From contig CM059431.1 of assembly GCA_030390025.1 (NCBI GenBank), positions 95,916,001 to 95,980,000 on the forward strand: a DNA stretch of 64,000 bases. Direction: 5' to 3'. The notes under the pieces were generated by a model. That model made no database searches. It saw only the letters and a program-made list of their open reading frames with translations, and had not been told where the DNA came from. A program made the position numbers and the translations under genes. This document shows positions 13,009 to 22,966 of this stretch, piece after piece (position 1 is the first letter of the stretch; every line of letters begins with the position of its first letter). Source of the stretch: Squalus acanthias. Taxonomy: Eukaryota.

Positions 13009-13521
13009 TGTAGGGAATAGGTGGGTCAGTGGCAGCTTGGATAAGGAATTGGCTTAAGGACAGAAAACAGCGAGTTGTGGTAAATGGCTGTTTTTCAGAC
13101 TGGAGCATGGTAGACAGTGGTGTTCCCCAAAGGTCAGTGCTGGAGCCACTGCTTTTTTTGATATATATAAATGACCTGGATATTGGAATACAGTGTATAA
13201 TTTTAAATTTGCCAATGACACCAAACTTGGGGGTGTGGCAAACAGTGATGATGATACCAATCGACTGCAACAGGATTTAGAAAGACTAGCAGAATGGGCA
13301 GACAAGTGGATGATGGAATTTAATACAGAGAAGTGTGAGGTGATGCATTTTGGCAGAAGGAACAGGGAGAGGCAATGTACATTTAATGGCACAGTTTTAA
13401 AGAGTGTGCAGGGACAGAGTTACCTGGGAGTTAATGTGCATTGGTCCCTAAAGGTGGTGAGACATATTGAGAGATTGGTTAGCAAAGCATATGGGATCTT
13501 GGGCTTCATAAATAGAGGCCA
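13009..13521 (+). mobile_element. CR1 family A, left part (continues at 17549)
   Basis: WIRNWLKDRKQRVVVNG..SGVPQ..YINDLD..GFINRG; same family as the copies at 28253 and 31061. Confidence 0.9.
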
Positions 13522-13575
13522 TGATGCGGAGATGCCGGTGTTGGACTGGGGTGGACAAAAGTGAGAAGTCGCACA
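13522..13575 (-). mobile_element. Penelope-type short element, left part (split by CR1 family B)
   Basis: GATGCGGAGATGCCGGTGTTGGACTGGGGTGGACAAAAGTGAGAAGTCGCAC is not CR1 sequence and reads on into AACACCAGGTTATAGTCC at 17472. Confidence 0.7.
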
Positions 13576-13576
13576 G

Positions 13577-14437
13577 TGCGGGAAGTGTGTCCAGCTGCAG
13601 CTCATGTGGGACCGCATGACGGCCCTTGAGCTGCGGATGGACTCACTTTGGAGCATCCACGATTCTGAGAGGGTTGTGAATAGCACATTTAGTGAGTTGG
13701 TCACACCGCAGGTTAAGGCCAGAGTAGATAGTACATGGGTGACCAAAAGGCAGAGCAAGGGCAGGAAGGTAGTGCAGGAATCCCCTGGGGTTGTCTCCCT
13801 CAGCAACAGGTTCACCGCCTTAGGTGCTGTTGTCGGGGGGGATGACTCATCGGGGGAAGGCACCAGCAGCCAGGCTCATGGCACCATGACTGGCTCTGTT
13901 GCAAAGAAGGGAGGGAAAAAGAGTGGCAGGGCTATAGTAATAGGGGATTCGATTGTAAGGGGATTAGATAGGAGTTTCTGTGGTCGCGACCGAGACTCCA
14001 GGATGGTAATTTGCCTCCCTGGTGCAAGGGTCAAGGATGTCTCGGCACGGGTGCAGAACATTCTGGAGGGGGAGGGGGAACAGCCAGTTGTCGTGATACA
14101 TGTTGGTACCAACGACGTAGCTAAAAAAAGGGAAGAGGTCCTACAAGTAGAATTTAGGGAGTTAGGAGCCAAGCTAAAAAGTAGGACCTCGAAGGTAGTA
14201 ATCTCTGGATTACTACCAGTGCCACGTGCTAGTAAGAGTACAGAGAACAGGATAGTTAGGCTAAATACGTGGCTTGAGCAGTGGTGTAAGAGGGAGGGTT
14301 TTAAATTTTTGAGGCATTGGGACCAGTTTTGTGGTAGGTGTGACCTATACAAAAGGGACGGTCTACACCTGTGCAAAGATGGAACTGATGTTCTCGGGGT
14401 AAATTTTGATAAAGCAGTTCGGGAGCATTTAAACTAG
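13577..14437 (+). CDS. CR1 ORF1 (partial): CxxC remnant, coiled coil, SGNH/GDSL esterase-like domain
   Basis: CGKC; VIGDSIVRG, LPGARV, HVGTND and DGLHL blocks; ends HLN-TAG. Confidence 0.9.
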   Translation, partial: CGKCVQLQLMWDRMTALELRMDSLWSIHDSERVVNSTFSELVTPQVKARVDSTWVTKRQSKGRKVVQESPGVVSLSNRFTALGAVVGGDDSSGEGTSSQAHGTMTGSVAKKGGKKSGRAIVIGDSIVRGLDRSFCGRDRDSRMVICLPGARVKDVSARVQNILEGEGEQPVVVIHVGTNDVAKKREEVLQVEFRELGAKLKSRTSKVVISGLLPVPRASKSTENRIVRLNTWLEQWCKREGFKFLRHWDQFCGRCDLYKRDGLHLCKDGTDVLGVNFDKAVREHLN

Positions 14438-17379
14438 TATGGCAGGGGGCTAGAAACCCATGTAGTGAAATAGAGGAAAGTGAAAGGCAGACAGAAATAA
14501 ATGGTAAAAAGGAGAGGAACAAAAAACAAAGGGCCAAACTAATTCATAAAAAATGTGAGCATAAAAAAAGCCTGAGGGTTTTATACCTTAATGCGAGAAG
14601 CATCAGGAACAAGGTAGATGAATTAGCTGTGGAAATAGAGGTTAATAATTATGATCTAATTGGGATTACGGAAACATGGTTGCAGGGTGAGCAGGGCTGG
14701 GAGCTTAACATACAGGGGTATTCAGTATTTAGGAAGGATCGACAAAAAAGAAAGGGAGGAGGGGTAGCATTGCTGGTAAAAGAGGGGATAAATGCAATTG
14801 AAAGGAAGGATATTAACTCAGTTAATACAGAATCTATATGGGTGGAGCTAAGAAATAGCGAGGGGCGAAAAACATTAATAGGAGTGGTATATAGGCCTCC
14901 AAATAGTAAAATAGAGGTTGGGGAGGGCATCACGAGGGAAATTAGAGAAGCGTGCAATAAGAGCACAGCTGTCATCATAGGTGACTTTAACTTACATATA
15001 GATTGGACTAGCCTAATCAGTAAAAATAATGAGGAGGAGGAATTCCTTGAGTGTTTAAGGGATGGTTATCTGGATCAATATGTCGAGGAACCAACTCGGG
15101 AACAGGCTATATTGGACTGGGTACTGTGCAATGAGAAGGGACTAATTAGTAATCTTGTTGTACGGGGACCCTTGGGTCAGAGCGATCATAACATGATCGA
15201 TTTCTCACTCGAAATGGAGAGCGAAGAAATTGACTCAGAGACTCAGGTCCTGAATTTAAACAAGGGGAATTATGATGCCATTAGACGGGAACTGAGTAGG
15301 TCTGATTGGACAACGTTCCTGGGAGGACTGGAGGTAGATAAACAATGGCAAGCATTTAAAGATAGAATGACAAAATTGCAAAAATTGTTTATACCAATCT
15401 GGCATAAAAGGAAATCTAAAAAGGTGACTCAACCGTGGATAACAGGGGAAATTAGAGACAGCATAAAATCCAAAGATAGGGCGTATAAAATAGCCAAAAA
15501 ACGCGCCAGAGCGGAAGATTGGGAACAGTTTAAGATAGAGCAAAGGAGGGCAAAGGGCTTAATCAAGAAGGGCAAAATAGCTTACGAAAGCAAGCTGGCG
15601 GAAAATATAAAAACTAACTCCAAAAGCTTTTATAAGTATATCAGGAGGAAAAGACTGGTGAAAACCAAAGTTGGTCCATTGCAGTCAGATACGGGGGAAT
15701 ATATAATGGGAAATAAGGAAATGGCAGACCAACTAAATGCATACTTTGGGTCAGTCTTTACGAAGGAAGACACAAAAAACCTCCCTGGGATATCGGGAAA
15801 AATAGGGACATTGGCAAAGGAGGAACTGACGCAAATCAATATCTCTAAGGATATGGTGTTAAGGAAGCTAAAGGGATTGAAGGCGGACAAATCCCCAGGG
15901 CCTGATAACATGCATCCTAGGGTACTGAAGGAGGTGGCCCTAGAGATAGCGGATGCACTAAGCATGATTTTTCAGAATTCATTAGACTCGGGAACAGTGC
16001 CCATGGATTGGAGGGTAGCTAACGTTACCCCACTATTCAAAAAGGGGGGTAGGGAAAAAGCAGGTAATTACAGACCTGTAAGCCTTACATCAGTTGTGGG
16101 CAAAATGCTGGAGTCCATCATTAAGGATGAAATAGCCGAGCACTTAGCAAATGGGGACAGGATAGGACAGAGTCAACATGGATTTACAAAGGGTAAATCG
16201 TGCTTGACTAATCTATTGGAATTTTTTGAGGGAGTAACTGGTAAAATAGATGGGGGAGAGCCAGTAGATGTGGTGTACCTGGACTTCCAAAAGGCCTTCG
16301 ATAAGGTCCCACATAAAAGATTAGCATGGAAAATTGAAGCTCATGGGATAAAGGGGAAAGTATTGACGTGGATAGAGAACTGGCTGTCAGATAGAAAACA
16401 GAGAGTTGGAATAAACGGCTCATTTTCTGAATGGCAGGCAGTAACAAGTGGGGTACCACAGGGATCTGTCCTGGGTCCCCAGCTGTTCACAATTTATATT
16501 AATGACCTGGATCAGGGAGTCGAATGCAGCATTTCCAAATTTGCAGACGACACTAAACTAGGAGGGGGGGTGGGCTCAGAGGAGGAGACCAGGAAGCTCC
16601 AGAGCGATTTGGACAGACTGGGTGATTGGGCGGATAAATGGCAGATGCACTATAATGTGGACAAGTGCGAAGTTATCCACCTTGGGTGCAGGAACGGGAG
16701 GGCAAATTATTATTTAAATGGCAATAAATTGGGAGAGGGGGAAGTACAGAGAGACCTGGGTGTTCTTGTACACCAGTCACTGAAGGCGAGCATGCAGGTG
16801 CAACAGGCGGTCAAGAAGGCAAACGGTATGCTGGCCTTCATAGCAAAAGGGTTGGAATACAGGAACAGGGATACCTTGCTGCAGCTGTACAGGGCACTGG
16901 TGAGACCACACCTCGAGTACTGTGTACAGTTTTGGTCGCCTCATCTGAGGAAAGATGTTCTTGCCATGGAGGGGGTGCAGCGGCGATTCACCAGGCTGAT
17001 ACCAGGAATGGCGGGATTGACCTATGAGGAGAGACTATGTAGTTTAGGGATGTACACACTGGAGTTTAGAAGATTGAGAGGGGACCTCATAGAAGTGTAT
17101 AAAATTCTGACAGGTCTAGACAGATTAGATGCAGAAGGAATGTTTCCCTTGGCGGGTGAGAACAGAACTAGAGGACATAATTTAAGGATAAGGGCTAAAC
17201 CATTTAGGACAGAAATGAGGGGGAATTTCTTCACTCAGAGAGTGGTGAACCTGTGGAACTCATTGCCACAGAGGGCAGTGTACGCCAGCTCATTAAATAT
17301 ATTTAAGAGGGAATTAGATATATTTCTACAGGCAAAAGGGGTTAAGGGTTACGGAGAGAAGGCGGGGACGGGATACTGA
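14428..17379 (+). CDS. CR1 ORF2, APE endonuclease plus reverse transcriptase, stop-free (983 codons from 14428)
   Basis: LYLNARS, GITETW, GDFN, SDH (APE); KSPGPD, YRPVSL, LDFQKAFDKV, GVPQGSVLGP, FADD (RT); frame opens after TAA at 14410-14412. Confidence 0.95.
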   Translation, partial: FKLVWQGARNPCSEIEESERQTEINGKKERNKKQRAKLIHKKCEHKKSLRVLYLNARSIRNKVDELAVEIEVNNYDLIGITETWLQGEQGWELNIQGYSVFRKDRQKRKGGGVALLVKEGINAIERKDINSVNTESIWVELRNSEGRKTLIGVVYRPPNSKIEVGEGITREIREACNKSTAVIIGDFNLHIDWTSLISKNNEEEEFLECLRDGYLDQYVEEPTREQAILDWVLCNEKGLISNLVVRGPLGQSDHNMIDFSLEMESEEIDSETQVLNLNKGNYDAIRRELSRSDWTTFLGGLEVDKQWQAFKDRMTKLQKLFIPIWHKRKSKKVTQPWITGEIRDSIKSKDRAYKIAKKRARAEDWEQFKIEQRRAKGLIKKGKIAYESKLAENIKTNSKSFYKYIRRKRLVKTKVGPLQSDTGEYIMGNKEMADQLNAYFGSVFTKEDTKNLPGISGKIGTLAKEELTQINISKDMVLRKLKGLKADKSPGPDNMHPRVLKEVALEIADALSMIFQNSLDSGTVPMDWRVANVTPLFKKGGREKAGNYRPVSLTSVVGKMLESIIKDEIAEHLANGDRIGQSQHGFTKGKSCLTNLLEFFEGVTGKIDGGEPVDVVYLDFQKAFDKVPHKRLAWKIEAHGIKGKVLTWIENWLSDRKQRVGINGSFSEWQAVTSGVPQGSVLGPQLFTIYINDLDQGVECSISKFADDTKLGGGVGSEEETRKLQSDLDRLGDWADKWQMHYNVDKCEVIHLGCRNGRANYYLNGNKLGEGEVQRDLGVLVHQSLKASMQVQQAVKKANGMLAFIAKGLEYRNRDTLLQLYRALVRPHLEYCVQFWSPHLRKDVLAMEGVQRRFTRLIPGMAGLTYEERLCSLGMYTLEFRRLRGDLIEVYKILTGLDRLDAEGMFPLAGENRTRGHNLRIRAKPFRTEMRGNFFTQRVVNLWNSLPQRAVYASSLNIFKRELDIFLQAKGVKGYGEKAGTGY

Positions 17380-17471
17380 ATTGAAGGATCAGCCATGATC
17401 TCATTAAATGGCGGAGCAGGCTCGAAGGGCCGGATGGCCTACTCCTGCTCCTATCTTCTATGTATCTATGT

Positions 17472-17548
17472 AACACCAGGTTATAGTCCAACAGCTTTAT
17501 TTGAAATCACAAACTTTCGGAGCGCTGCTCCTTCGTCAGGTGAAGTCA
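17472..17548 (-). mobile_element. Penelope-type short element, right part
   Basis: Non-CR1 sequence between two CR1 pieces; contains a hammerhead core on the minus strand. Confidence 0.7.
17507..17543 (-). ncRNA. Minimal hammerhead ribozyme-like motif, possibly degenerate
   Basis: Minus strand TCAC-CTGACGA-A-GGAGC.AGC.GCTCC-GAAA-GT-TT-GTGA. Confidence 0.65.
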
Positions 17549-17918
17549 GCTGATGGGTTTGGATAGGCTGGGCGGGGAAAGACTGTTCCCACTAGTTGAT
17601 GGTACAAGGACTAGGGGACACAGATTTAAGGATTTGGGCAAGAGATACAGGGGGGATGTAAGGAATATCTTTTTTACGCAGCGAGTGGTGAGGACCTGGA
17701 ACTCACTGCTAACGGAAGTGGTGGAAGCGGAGACACTCAATGATTTCAAGGGGAGACTGGATAGGCATTAGAGGGAAATAAACTTGCAGGACTACGGGGA
17801 TAGAGCAGGGGAATGGGACTGACTGGATTACTCTACCGAGAGCCGACACGGAGTGAATGTGCCAAATGGCCTCCTTCTGTGCTGTTATGACCCGATGACT
17901 CTATGTTATGACTCTATG
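17549..17918 (+). mobile_element. CR1 family A, right part (3' end)
   Basis: MGLDRL..RTRGHRFK..FFTQRVVRTWNSL; GACTCTATG tail. Confidence 0.9.
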
Positions 17919-19380
17919 TGCTTTCTATTAGTGGGATGTGTTGGTGCAATATATTAGTGGGATGTGTTGGTGCTATATATTAGTGGGATGTGTTGGTGCT
18001 ATATATTAGTGGGATGTGTTGGTGCTATATATTAGTGGGATGTGTTGGTGCTATATATTAGTGAGATGTGTTGGTGCTATATATTAGTGGGATGTGTTGG
18101 TGCTATATATTAGTGGGATGTGTTGGTGCTATATATTAGTGAGATGTGTTGGTGCTATATATTAGTGGGATGTGTTGGTGCAATATATTAGTGAGATGTG
18201 TTGGTGCTATATATTAGTGAGATATGTTGGTGCTATATATTAGTGAGATGTGTTGGTGCTATATATTAGTGGGATGTGTTGGTGCAATATATTAGTGAGA
18301 TGTGTGGGTGCTATATATTAGTGAAATTTGCTGGTGCTATATATTAGTGAGATGTGTTGCCGCTATATATTAGTGGGATGTGTTGATGCTATATATTATT
18401 GGGATGTGTTGCCACTGTATATTAGTGAGATGTGTTGCTGCTATATATTAGTGAGAGTTGTTGGTGCTATATATTAGTGGGATGTGTTGCTGCTATATAT
18501 TAGTGAGATATGTTGGTCCTATATATTAGTGGGATGTGTTGCCGCTATATATTAGTGGGATGTGTTGATGCTATATATTAGTGGGATGTGTTGCCACTAT
18601 ATATTAGTGAGATGTGTTGCTGCTATATATTAGTGAGATTTGCTGGTGCTATATATTAGTGAGATGTGTTGGTGCTATATATTAGTGAGATGTGTTCGTG
18701 CTATATATTAATGAGATGTGTTCGTGCTATATATTAGTGAGATGTGTTAGTGCTATATATTAGTGAGATGTGTTGGTTCTATATATTTGTGAGATGTTTT
18801 TGTGCTATATATTAGTGGGATGTGTTAGTGCTATATATTAGTGAGATGTGTTAGTGCTATATATTAGTGAGATGTGTTGGTGCTATATATTCGTGAGATG
18901 TGTTGGTGCTATATATTAGTGAGATGTGTTAGTGCTATATATTAGTGCGATGTGTTAGTGCTATATATTAGTGAGATGTGTTGGTGCTATATATTCGTGA
19001 GATGTGTTGGTGCTATATATTCGTGAGATGTGTTAGTGCTCTATATTAGTGAGATGTGTTGGTGCTATATATTAGTGAGATGTGTTGGTGCTATATATTA
19101 GTGAGATGTGTTGGTGCTATATATTAGTGAGATGTGTTAGTGCTCTATATTAGTGAGATGTGTTGGTGCTATATATTAGTGAGATGTGTTGGTGCTATAT
19201 ATTAGTGAGATGTGTTGGTGCTATATATTAGTGAGATGTGTTAGTGCTCTATATTAGTGAGATGTGTTGGTGCTATATATTAGTGAGATGTGTTGGTGCT
19301 ATATATTAGGGAGATGTGTTGGTGCTATATATTAGTGAGATGTGTTGGTGCTATATATTAGTGGGACGTGTTAGTGCTAT
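17919..19380 (+). repeat. 26-bp satellite, block 4
   Basis: Same unit with more variants. Confidence 0.97.
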
Positions 19381-19699
19381 AATCTGAACTTCAGATACCG
19401 GGATGGGAAAAATCATGCTCATTAGTACTATTACTTACTTGTTAACTTTCTGTCAGTTTGATGCCTATCTGTGCATCTACAACATAGACAGACAAACTGG
19501 CACCTTGTGTAGAAGGGCTGAACTCTGTATCATACTGGGTACCATCTGCGCCACGAAAATAGAATGGAACTCATTAGGTTTTGTTGGCACTGGAGAGTAG
19601 GGCAGCTCCAATTGGATCTTATCTTCACCAGCAGTAACCAAACCAAAAAAAATTGGCATCAACTCAACAGTGCTTTCAACTTCCCTGCTTGCTGTGCAG

Positions 19700-20116
19700 T
19701 AATTCTTGAAAAGAGAAGGCTGAGGGGTAACCTAATAGAGGTCTTTAAAATTATGAAAGGTTTTGATAGAATTGACAGAGATATTTTTTTCATTTGTGGG
19801 GAAGACCAAACTAGTGGCCATCAATAGACGATAGTCACCAAGAAATCAAATTGGGAATTCAGAAGAAATTTCTTTACTCAGCGAGTGGTGAGAATGTGGA
19901 ACTCGCTACCACAGGGAGTAGTTGAGGCAAATAATATAGATGCATTTAAGGGGAAGCTAGATAAGCACATGAGGGAGAAGGGAATAGAGGGTTATGCTGA
20001 TAGAGTTAGATGAGGAAGGATGGGAGGAGGCTCAAATGAAGCATAAACGTCTGCATGGACTGATTGGGCCCAATAGCCTGTTTCTGTGCTGTATATTCTA
20101 TGTTAATCTATGTAAT
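19700..20116 (+). mobile_element. CR1 3' fragment, another family
   Basis: LEKRRLRGNLIEVFKIMKG..TTCTTTACTCAGCGAGTGGTG; ATTCTATG tail. Confidence 0.85.
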
Positions 20117-21529
20117 TCCCTACCCCTACTGCTCAGAGATACCAGAAAACCCACTTCAACAGTAATTTGCCATTTATTACCTCCTGAAAACGTTTTTTTT
20201 TTAAATGCAGAATAATTGTGCCCATTAAACCTGGCATATACATGGACATAGCCCATTGTCCCACTCCAGAGTACTCATTTGTGCCCTTGTGTATTAATTA
20301 AGAACCAACCTGCACTCTCAGCAGGGAGCGATGCTTGAAGGAAACGTCTTAGAGATTTGGCCCAACTGTGTTGTAAACTCCATCTCTGACCCATGCTCCA
20401 TTTGAGTGTAGCTTCCCAGTGGGAGTGCAGGGTTAGTGAACTTAGTCTATAGTGCATCACCCATAAATTAGCCTTAAACAGCAGTATGAGTTTCTCATTT
20501 CATCCAAACACTACAAAAATACAGTGGCATTTGTAAATGCAGAGCAGATTTGTAGGACAAGTGAACACTTCACATTTTTCGAAGTAATTCCTTCTTTTGC
20601 TTATTTTCTTCTATTTGTTACAATCTTTCTTTCTCCCCACTTTTGACACTTCTTTCCCCCTCTGTGCAGAATTGTAAAAATGTTGCGGGGGGTGGTGGGA
20701 AGAGGCAGTGGTTGTCCCATCCCATCATACACTAATCAGGCAGGCAGAAAGCTGACTTTCTCCCTGATCTACATCACTTCCCCTGTGCAAATAGCTTGCA
20801 CTGGCCTTGGGGCAGAATTGCTCTCTGATCCCTTTTAGAAACTCTGAATCCAGAGTGGAGTCTCACTCAATCAGACTGTGGACTGGAGAATCGGTGAATG
20901 CTAGTGCGCTTGATTTGTGATACTTCCAATCTTTCAGTCATTAAAATTAATCGTGACCTCTGCACCTGATTCTCTGATCTGCACTGGGAGTGTGGGATGC
21001 AAATATTTACCCTCTTGTATCTTCAATGCTCAGCTCTCTATTTCTTCCCCTCCTTTCTGGAAGATGGTGAATCAGGTAGCATCCCAACAGAGCCCAATGC
21101 TGTCCCTACCCAATGCATTTTACATAACAGCCATAGATCAATAGCAGAAACACCAGCCAGAGCACTGAGGCCAATCACATCACAGCAAGCCCTCGGTTTA
21201 CAGATGTAATGTCCTACAAGACACTGCACACAGAAAAGGGTGATATTGCAATCAAACCCTCCCCACCTTCTTCTCTGCTTCTATCCACACACCTGAGACA
21301 ACTGACCTCAAATCAAGCTGGGGCCTCTGTCTTTGCTAAGACTGTAATGAAAAGAAAGGTACTCACCAACCAACCAAACAATGATACGGTGCTAAAGCCT
21401 TAAAATGTTACCTTCACAGGAAGGAGACCCATGCCTGCTGCTCACCCACCATCACCCTGCCTGACTGGTCAGCACAGCCAAGAACCTCAACATACATGGC
21501 ACTCTGGGCTGGGCCTTACTTGGTGCAAC

Positions 21530-21760
21530 TGTAAATATGGAATATAATACTTAATTATCTAACTGAGCAAAGTGTAAATATGGAATTCATTATCTAACTC
21601 TGACAGACTGCAAGTATGCAAAAATTCATTATCTATTGGTGACAAACCGCACATATGAAATAATTTATTATCTGACTGTTAGTGGGAATAATCTGAAAGT
21701 ACATAGTATGTGTGGAAGCATTAGCTAATTGTGGCATATGGAATAATTTATCGCAAAGCA
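21530..21760 (+). repeat. Degenerate ~40-bp tandem repeat
   Basis: Recurrent (GTAA)ATATGGAAT...ATTATCTAACT motifs. Confidence 0.55.
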
Positions 21761-21955
21761 GCTTATAATCAGGTTGAATTCATTAGCAAACTGGGACAGA
21801 TTATGCATGAGAGGCATACGGAATTGGAGACATATAGAAAGACATGGTGAATTTCCTTGGGCCTTCGCCTGTTTTGCCACTGTAACTTAGGCAAATTTGC
21901 TGCTGCCTCCCATGTTCCACTGGTGTCAAGCTGCGAGAGGGTAGCTTGAGGCCTG

Positions 21956-22627
21956 GCAGCTCAGAACAGAATGTAAAGCTGCAAGTTTGGTGAGTGAGGG
22001 AGTGAATATTAAAGATTAATCTCTTTTTTTATAAAATCTAGTCTTGTGTGCTTGCAATTAGCATTTAACTTAAATTTAAATTTACTGTTTCAAGTTTTAA
22101 GTTTCTTCCAGGCTTGGGCAGGGCGAAGCAAGCTCTGTGCTGGAGAGCAGGTGAGAGTAATTAATTAATTAACTGGTCTAATCTGGTTCTGTAACTGCCA
22201 GAGAGCTCACTTATTTAAATCTCAGCAGTATAAATAAGGGAGGCTAGAGTGCAGTTTGTCACGGAGTGCAGCTCAGAACAGAGTGTAAAGCTGCGAGTTT
22301 CGTGAGTGAGGGAGTGAATCTTAAAGGTTAATCTCTTTTTTTAATAAAATCTAGTCTTGTGTGCTTGCAATTAGCATTTAACTTAAATTTAAATTTACTG
22401 TTTCAAGTTTTAAGTTTCTTCCAGGCTTGGGCAGGGCTAAGCAAGCTCTGTGCTGGAGAGCAGGTGAGAGAAATTAATTAATTAACTGGTCTAATCTGGT
22501 TCTGTAACTGCCAGAGAGTTCACTTATTTAAATCTCAGCAGTATAAAAAAGGGAGGCTAGAGTGCAGTTTGTCACGGAGTGCAGCTCAGAACAGAGTGTA
22601 AAGCTGTGAGTTTCGTGAGTGAGGGAG
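21956..22627 (+). repeat. Tandem 312-313-bp monomers (2 full plus 1 partial) in the CR1 5'UTR
   Basis: GCAGCTCAGAACAGA starts at 21956, 22268 and 22581; TATAAA near the end of each full monomer (22229, 22542). Confidence 0.9.
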
Positions 22628-22966
22628 TTCGGGAAGGGAGGTGTTCCTTTCTTTTTCTATCTTTGTCAGCTTCCATGAGAGCAGGAGTTAAAAAGCTGCA
22701 CAAGAGGGGACAGAGAACCAGCAGGAGTTCAGCTCTGTGACACCCCGCAACCGCATCTGGAGAAAAATAAAAGGTGACATCACAGGGAAAAGGGTAAGTG
22801 ATTGGTTAGTGAGTATTTTGCTCACTTCCCTTATCTTTTCAAGCCCAGGAAATGTATTAGTAATTGTAAGGTTTCATTAGTACTAGTTTACTAGCAGTAA
22901 TAAATCTTATTAGGTGTAGTAGGGTTTATTAATTAATAAAAATAAATTAATTAAGACTCAATAAAG

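Larger units (their letters stand above)
13575..17471 (+). mobile_element. CR1 family B, nearly full length, truncated within the ORF1 zinc finger, young
   Basis: Uninterrupted ORF1 remainder and ORF2, followed by a CR1 3'UTR and TTCTATGTATCTATGT tail. Confidence 0.95.

Noticed and set aside
13420..17234. Minus-strand ORFs overlapping CR1-B, and similar antisense ORFs over other CR1 copies
   Set aside because: Antisense shadows of the RT/ORF1 coding frames with no independent motifs.
7291..19380. CRISPR-like array
   Set aside because: Monomers are head-to-tail with no unique spacers, there are no cas genes, and the context is eukaryotic; it is a satellite.
19456..19600. Possible exon FDAYLCIYNIDRQTG
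   Set aside because: An acceptor-like site only, with no recognisable protein or partner exons.
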